In this document: in pieces, positions 58,471 to 64,000 of the stretch
Layout of the letters: each line of letters opens with the position of its first letter
Numbering within the stretch: the first letter of the stretch is position 1
DNA from: an uncultured Acidobacteriota bacterium
Lineage (GTDB): Bacteria; Acidobacteriota; Vicinamibacteria; Vicinamibacterales; 2-12-FULL-66-21
DNA length: 64,000 bases
Direction of reading: 5' to 3'
NCBI GenBank assembly: GCA_963773005.1
Contig: CAVYZR010000004.1
Span: forward strand, 335,272-399,271
Made by a program: the position numbers and the translations under genes
Notes under the pieces: generated by a model
What the model was told of the DNA's origin: nothing
Database searches by the model: none
What the model saw: the letters and a program-made list of their open reading frames with translations, nothing else

Positions 58471-58572
58471 TAACCGGGGGGCTTCGCCCCGCCGGCCCCC
58501 CGACACGCGCTCTCGCGCGCCGCTTCGTCGGCGCGCTCCGTTTCGCGTGGCTCACTCGCTGCGCTCGCTCGC
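58471..58572. repeat. Family D multi-hairpin repeat
   Basis: Nearly identical to 61661-61763. Confidence 0.88.
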
Positions 58573-58860
58573 ATCGTTCGTCGAGGGGCGGGGGCTCCGG
58601 CGTACCGCTCCGCCTTGGGCGCCATAGCGCGCAGCGCGAAGGCGGCTCGCGTGGCTCACTCGCTCCGCTCGTTCGCACGCGCATACGCCGCTGGGGAGTG
58701 TGCGACCGAGGAGGGGGGCCGAGCATCAAGCATGCGTCTGCGTCAATCTCTGGCAGCTAGATCAAACACGAGCTTTGTCCGGCAAGCCGCCACCGCAGCG
58801 CAGCAACACTGGCGCCACGACACAGTGGCCTAACACTATAATTCCCGCCACAGGCAATAA

Positions 58861-61488
58861 ATGCCACTCAGCCCAGGAGCTTCACTCGGTCCTTATGAAA
58901 TCCTGTCCCTGATCGGAGTCGGCGGGATGGGAGAGGTCTATCGGGCTCGCGATCCGCGTCTGGGACGAAACGTGGCGATCAAGGTTCTGCGCGGTGAGCG
59001 AATCGCCGACGATGATCGACGTCGTCGCTTTCTTCTAGAAGCCCGCGCTGCATCGTCCATCAACCATCCGAACATCGTTACCATCCACGAAATCGAGTCG
59101 TCGAATGGCACAAACTTCATCGTGATGGAATTGGTCGATGGACAGACTCTGGATGGGTTGATTCCCAAATACGGTTTTCCGACGAGCGAGCTGCTGCGCA
59201 TCGCGATTCCGATTGCGGACGCTGTATCCGCAGCTCACAGCCGGGACATCGTCCATCGGGACTTGAAGCCTGCTAACGTCATCGTCGGGCTAAACGGCGT
59301 AGTCAAAGTGCTGGACTTCGGTCTCGCAAAACTGCTGTCGCGTGCAAGTGATCAGAACGTGGAGACAATGACTGGGGACGCTGCCTTGAGCAGGCCAGGA
59401 ACGATCGTGGGAACGGCGGCGTACATGTCGCCAGAGCAGGCGACCGGTGGCAACGCAGATACCCGAAGCGACATATTCAGCTTTGGGGCCATGTTGTACG
59501 AAATGGCAACTGGACGGCGTGCCTTCGCCGGCAAGACACCTTCCGACACGCTGACGGCAGTCGTCCGGGATCAGCCAGCGAAACCGAGCACTCTAGTGCC
59601 AGGAATCCCGGAGCCCCTCGAACGACTGATCATGCGTTGCATCCGAAAGGACGTGGACAAACGCGTCCAGAGCATGGCGGACGTGCGTCTCGAACTGGAG
59701 GACCTGAAGGAAGATTCCGAATCCGGCGGTGCCGCTGGAGCGAAGACGCCAGCGCAACCCGTTGGTCGTCGGGCTATCTGGATGGTGGCCGCCCTGGTGA
59801 CGGCTCTGGTCGCGGCCGCGGCTCTGTTTCACCGCCTGCCGCCCGTGTCGCAGTCGCTTCCTCTTGTGCATCTCACGTCCGAGCAGCGAGCCGGCATGGG
59901 CAGTTTTTCCCCCGACGGTACGCAGATCGCGTACGCTTCTGCCGGCGACGAGGGCGCGAACTGGGACATTTGGCTGAAGGTCGTCGGAGAGCCCGAGTCC
60001 CGGCGCGTGACGACTAATCCCGCGTCGGAGGGCTTTCCCGCATGGTCGCCCGACGGGACACAAATCGCATTCATTCGTTATGCGGTCCGGGTGCGGGGTC
60101 AGTTCTTCTCGTTCCCTTTTGCCGGCGTCATACATCTGGTCTCACCCGTTGGCGGAGCCGTTCGTCGGTTATCCGACTTTCCCGCGAGGCTGCAGCTCTC
60201 CTGGTCGCCTGACGGCCGCTGGTTAGCCGCGGCCAAGGCCAGATCGGGAAGCGATCCACCAGGCGGCATACACCTGATCTCGGTCAACACTGGCGAGGTC
60301 CGTGCGATCACGTCACCGCGGCCACCAGCTTTCGATCAGTCACCGGCGTTTTCCTCGGATGGCCGGGCGCTGGCGTATGCAGGCTGCGTCGGGTCGGAAG
60401 GAAATCCGGGGTGCGACGTGATGGTCATTTCGCTCGACTCGGAACTGAAGCCCATCGGATCGCCTCGTCAGTTGACAGAGCAGCGGGTCGTGAACTCCGG
60501 CGTCGTTTGGACGCGCGATACGCGGGCTATCGTCTACGGCGACTACATCAGCGGCCTGTGGCGAGTCCCAGTCGAAGGCAAGACTCCCCCCGAGCGGATT
60601 GCCGGGGCCAATCAAGGAGGGTTCCCGACTGCGGCGGTCAGCCGGGACCGCCTCGCCTTCGTGCGCTCGACTGGCAGTCCCGATATTTATCAGCTCGATG
60701 TGGGCGGCTCGACGACTGCACTGATCGAATCCACTTTCCCAGACGTATTTCCGGAATATTCGCCAGACGGTCGCCGAATGGCTTTCGAGTCAGGCAGGGC
60801 GGGAGGGACTAGCGAAATCTGGCTGGCCGATGCCGATGGACAGAATCCGACGCGGCTGACGCGCGGTCCCGGCCGGCACCAGGGCACGCCGCGATGGTCG
60901 CCAGATGGGCGTACTATCGCGTTCGACTCCCTGACTGAAGGCGGCCACGCCGATATCTGGACAATCAGCACGGATGGATCTGGATTGCGACGGGTGACCG
61001 ATCATGCGGCAGACGAATTCACTCCGAGCTTCTCGCGAGATTCGCGTTTCATCTACTTCGTTTCCAACCGAACGGGTAGTAATGAGGTCTGGCGCGTTGT
61101 GATCGCCACGGGCGCGGAAGATCAGTTGACGCGTAATGGTGCGACGGCGCCGTTCGAGAGCCTGGACGGTCGAACGCTTTACTACAGTCATCCTAGCGGC
61201 GCGCTGCTTGCCCGATCGACAGCAGGGGGCATAGAGCGAACGATTCGTCCTTGCACAGGGGCATGGGCCGTCGCTACAAAAGGGCTCGTCTTTGAAGATT
61301 GTGGGTCGCCCGACGCGCCCGACCGCTTGGTTCGTTTCTGGGACGAGGCGACGGATCAAGATCGAATCATCGGGTCCCTATCGACAGACTGGATCGGCGG
61401 CCTAAGTCCCTCGCCCGACGGGCGGCGGATCATCTTCGGGCGCCTGAAGGCGACCTCCGACCTGATGATGATCGATGGTTTTCGGTAA
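58861..61488 (+). CDS. Ser/Thr protein kinase with TM helix and PD40/TolB-like propeller
   Basis: [29 protein letters not shown]; many WSPDG repeats; TATAAT at 58837-58842. Confidence 0.95.
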   Translation: MPLSPGASLGPYEILSLIGVGGMGEVYRARDPRLGRNVAIKVLRGERIADDDRRRRFLLEARAASSINHPNIVTIHEIESSNGTNFIVMELVDGQTLDGLIPKYGFPTSELLRIAIPIADAVSAAHSRDIVHRDLKPANVIVGLNGVVKVLDFGLAKLLSRASDQNVETMTGDAALSRPGTIVGTAAYMSPEQATGGNADTRSDIFSFGAMLYEMATGRRAFAGKTPSDTLTAVVRDQPAKPSTLVPGIPEPLERLIMRCIRKDVDKRVQSMADVRLELEDLKEDSESGGAAGAKTPAQPVGRRAIWMVAALVTALVAAAALFHRLPPVSQSLPLVHLTSEQRAGMGSFSPDGTQIAYASAGDEGANWDIWLKVVGEPESRRVTTNPASEGFPAWSPDGTQIAFIRYAVRVRGQFFSFPFAGVIHLVSPVGGAVRRLSDFPARLQLSWSPDGRWLAAAKARSGSDPPGGIHLISVNTGEVRAITSPRPPAFDQSPAFSSDGRALAYAGCVGSEGNPGCDVMVISLDSELKPIGSPRQLTEQRVVNSGVVWTRDTRAIVYGDYISGLWRVPVEGKTPPERIAGANQGGFPTAAVSRDRLAFVRSTGSPDIYQLDVGGSTTALIESTFPDVFPEYSPDGRRMAFESGRAGGTSEIWLADADGQNPTRLTRGPGRHQGTPRWSPDGRTIAFDSLTEGGHADIWTISTDGSGLRRVTDHAADEFTPSFSRDSRFIYFVSNRTGSNEVWRVVIATGAEDQLTRNGATAPFESLDGRTLYYSHPSGALLARSTAGGIERTIRPCTGAWAVATKGLVFEDCGSPDAPDRLVRFWDEATDQDRIIGSLSTDWIGGLSPSPDGRRIIFGRLKATSDLMMIDGFR

Positions 61489-61539
61489 CCGAACGAGATC
61501 GACCGCATTAATTAATGGAGTTAGACAGCGGCAATCAAA

Positions 61540-61654
61540 CGCGTGGCACGTCCGCGTGGCAGTCGGCGCAACCTGTTGAAACGCAAGCCGCCTCCGATAC
61601 AGGAACGCAGCCTTCTAAGCCGAGGGTCGCAGGTTCGAGTCCTGCCGGGCGCAC
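61540..61654 (+). repeat. att-like junction 3: same module plus tRNA 3' half
   Basis: cgcgtggcac 61540, cgcgtggcag 61553, caacctgttgaaac 61569; 61610-61652 is identical to tRNA 51263-51305. Confidence 0.93.
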
Positions 61655-61660
61655 TTTACT

Positions 61661-61763
61661 TAACCGGGGGGCTTCGCCCCGCCGGACCCCCCGACACGCT
61701 CTCTCGCGCGCCGCTTCGACGGCGCGCTCCGTTCGCGTGGCTCACTCGCTGCGCTCGTTCGCA
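61661..61763. repeat. Family D multi-hairpin repeat
   Basis: taaccggggggcttcgccccgccgg...ctcactcgctgcgctcgttcgca. Confidence 0.88.
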
Positions 61764-61820
61764 CCCTGGCGCTTGTCTGATTGCTTTTGCCGCCGCAACG
61801 CGAGGGCGTAGAGTGGAGGG

Positions 61821-62353
61821 GTGATGGAACTCACGCTTCGCGTCCTAATAGCAGCGGCGTTGCTCGGCAGCGTCGACGCACGCGCCGCGGCTGTGCAGGA
61901 AAACAATCCGCCTCCGCAGGCTCAAGCAGCCGCCGCTCGCGACATCAATGCCCTGATCCGTCAGGTGCTTGCCGATCGGATCCCGGCGAAGGACATTCCG
62001 GATTTCGGCCTCCTCCGGGGCGCGAAGCGAATTGCGGTTCGCTCCGACCTCGTCCGCTTCGCGCTCGGACAAGACGCGATGCCTGCACTCGAGGGCTACG
62101 AGTTTCGACTCATCTCTGCCGCGGAGACCCAGGCCGAAGCCGAGCGAACCCAGACCAGCGTTTTTTCATCGCCATCGAGAACCTTCGGATGATTGGTGGG
62201 GACACCGCTGGTCTATGGATTGGCGTGGACGTTGCCATGCCGTCAGATCCCAAGCGGGTCAAGATGTGCTGTTGCTCTCGCTTGTTGGAGTATCGACGGA
62301 TCGAGGGCCGTTGGGTCTTCGTACGGTGGTGGGAAGAAGGCCGCTGCTACTGA
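61821..62353 (+). CDS. Secreted hypothetical protein; frameshift in the T-run at 62161-62166
   Basis: RBS GGAGG and signal peptide; adding one T joins ...RTQTSV to FFIAIENLRM...VKMCCCS...GRWVFVRWWEEGRCY*. Confidence 0.7.
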
Positions 62354-62434
62354 CGCGGCCGGGGCCCCGTTTCAGCGGGCACGAATGCTACGATCAAGCG
62401 GCGACACCACGGAAGGGAATCGTGCAACCTTTCA

Positions 62435-62678
62435 CGAATCCCCCCGGGCGCGCCAACCTTCGCTCACGCTTGCCAACGAGGGCGTGAGCTACGGTTGGCA
62501 AGCCATGCGAAGGTTCAGGCCCGAGGCGCGCTCCTTCTAATCGAGGGGCTTCGCCCCTCGAACTCCCCTGCACGCTCGCTCGGGGGGACCCCGGCGCCCC
62601 GCTCCGCCTTGCGCGCCATAGCGCGCAGCGCGAAGGCGGCTCACCTACCTTCAAAGTCCGTCAGTATCCGGGTGGCAG
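62435..62678 (+). repeat. Degenerate att-like junction 4: tRNA tail plus a homolog of the DNA that follows the intact tRNA
   Basis: 62444-62474 is identical (31 bp) to 51298-51328; 62485-62525 resembles 51346-51386; 62641-62678 resembles 51445-51482; a family D repeat begins at 62538. Confidence 0.85.
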
Positions 62679-64000
62679 ACGATGCGATGAGTCTGCCGGT
62701 CGCGAGTGTCGATGAGCCCTGCCCTTCTACGAAACGGTGATGGGGTTCAGCTTCGTCACGCGGAACCCGCTGCGCTCTCGTCTTCACTGGAACTTGGTCT
62801 CTCGTTGTCCCGAGGATCGGTGATGAACTCGAGGTCGGCTGCTTCGTTCGACGCTGCCACTCGGCCGCCTTGTCCGGCTTCCCCCAGGCCTGGTAGAGAC
62901 TGACAATCCGAGTCGCGGCGTCTTCGACAAGCGGCCGGTCCTCATAAGGCATGCGGGCTTCGCGCTGGTGCAGTCCCCGATACCCCGATAACACGAGCGG
63001 TTCAGCCTCAGCATGCTTGTCCTGAGCGGCGAGACTCCCTCCCAGCACGCTCTCGCAGTGATAGCGTCTCCAGCCATCCGCTTTGGTCTTCTCGTACCCC
63101 GACACGCCATCACGAAGGAGCGACTCGGCGTCGGCGTACTTCCCCTGCTGAAGCCGGACCAGGCCCAATGAAGTCATGGCCCTGAGGGTGTCGGCATGGT
63201 CGGGGCGCAGCCGGCGCCTGCGTACGTCCAGCACTCTGATGAAGAGGACCTCGGCCTCCGCATACTTGCCTAGCCTTTGGTACAGCATTCCGAGGTTGTC
63301 CTCGAGGGTCTGGGTGCCGGGGTGCTCATCGCCGAGCAGGCGCCGCGCGAGATCCAGCAACTTGGTCAAGAGCGCCTCGGACTCGGCGTACCGGCCTTGC
63401 GCCCGATACAGTTCACCGAGATCGTTCGAAGCCGAGATCGTGAGGGGGTGCTGTTCACCCATCTGGCGGCGTCTTCCGTCCAGTGTTTCCGTGAGCAGGG
63501 GCTCGGCGAGCGCGTATTTGCCTTGATTCTGGTACGCCAGTGCCAGGTTGGCCATCGAGTCCAAAACAGAGGGGGACTCCGGAGCCAGCACGCGACGCCT
63601 CGCCTCCAGGACTTGGGCGAAGAGCAGTTCCGCCTCCGCGTATCGACCTTGCCGTTCGCAGATCGCCGCCAGTCCGTTCGCGACATGGATTCGATCCGGG
63701 TGGTCCTCGCTCACGACGCCTCGCATGTCCTCCATGGCCTTCCGGTACAGTTGCTCGGACTCCTCGAGCCTCCCCTGATTGAAGCGCAGCGCCGCGAGGT
63801 CTCTCACGCTGTTCAACGTCTTGGGATGTTTGTCACCGAGCACGCGGCGCCGGATCTCGAGGACTCTGGTCGTGAGCGGTTCAGCCTCCGGGTACTTGCG
63901 CTGGTCGGAGTAGACGAGCGCCAGGTTGTTCATGTGAACCAGGGTTTGTGGATGCTCTTCGCCCAGCACGCGACGAGACAGTTCCACGACCTGCACGAAA
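62641..64000 (-). CDS. TPR (kinesin-light-chain-like) repeat protein, 5' part outside the window; possibly the C-terminus of a Ser/Thr kinase
   Basis: 42-aa repeats RRVLG.EHP.TL..MNNLA..Y..QG.Y.EAE; ends LYQAWGKPDKAAEW followed by an atypical tail. Confidence 0.88.
   Translation of the reverse strand, partial: FVQVVELSRRVLGEEHPQTLVHMNNLALVYSDQRKYPEAEPLTTRVLEIRRRVLGDKHPKTLNSVRDLAALRFNQGRLEESEQLYRKAMEDMRGVVSEDHPDRIHVANGLAAICERQGRYAEAELLFAQVLEARRRVLAPESPSVLDSMANLALAYQNQGKYALAEPLLTETLDGRRRQMGEQHPLTISASNDLGELYRAQGRYAESEALLTKLLDLARRLLGDEHPGTQTLEDNLGMLYQRLGKYAEAEVLFIRVLDVRRRRLRPDHADTLRAMTSLGLVRLQQGKYADAESLLRDGVSGYEKTKADGWRRYHCESVLGGSLAAQDKHAEAEPLVLSGYRGLHQREARMPYEDRPLVEDAATRIVSLYQAWGKPDKAAEWQRRTKQPTSSSSPILGTTRDQVPVKTRAQRVPRDEAEPHHRFVEGQGSSTLATGRLIASSATRILTDFEGR

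Larger units (their letters stand above)
51264..64000. mobile_element. Tandem array of integrated units at the tRNA-Arg 3' end (continues past the window edge)
   Basis: tRNA 3' end repeated at 55450, 58421, 61611 and partly at 62435; conserved flanking modules; integrase remnant; accessory cargo genes. Confidence 0.85.

Noticed and set aside
55450-61654. Additional intact tRNA genes at 55450, 58421 and 61611
   Set aside because: Only 3' halves from the anticodon loop are present; upstream DNA has no D-arm or acceptor 5' strand.
62161-62166. Phase variation at the T6 run
   Set aside because: The run is short and homopolymer errors are likely in this assembly; the two cannot be distinguished without reads.
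51310-64000. Prophage or conjugative element at the tRNA
   Set aside because: No structural, replication or conjugation genes within the window; sequence beyond 64000 cannot be assessed.

Overview
GC-rich bacterial DNA, most likely Acidobacteriota subdivision 6 (Vicinamibacteria-like). This is inferred from Oar-type TonB receptors, CRTAC1/ASPIC-UnbV and TPR genes, planctomycete-type DUF1549/DUF1501 and heme proteins, kinase-TolB fusions and many palindromic intergenic repeats. Bases 1-51200 look like resident chromosome with envelope, carbohydrate and protease genes. Several genes carry single-base frameshifts that look like long-read consensus errors. The main finding starts at tRNA-Arg(TCT) (51234-51309) and runs off the right edge: a tandem array of at least five small units, each starting with a copy of the tRNA 3' end (51264, 55450, 58421, 61611, and a partial copy at ~62435). 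Three copies are preceded by the same ~80 bp module (two CGCGTGGCA direct repeats 13 bp apart, then an IHF-like box). Two units carry only a single Ser/Thr kinase gene with its own -10 box, and no intact integrase is visible (only a short tyrosine-recombinase remnant at ~52282-52476). Separately, a third kinase gene (8131-10923) sits between the 3' end of an NHL gene and a displaced, synonymously diverged copy of that 3' end. Together these suggest integrase-less kinase cassettes that insert by replacing the 3' end of a target gene. All assignments come from reading the sequence; no searches were run.
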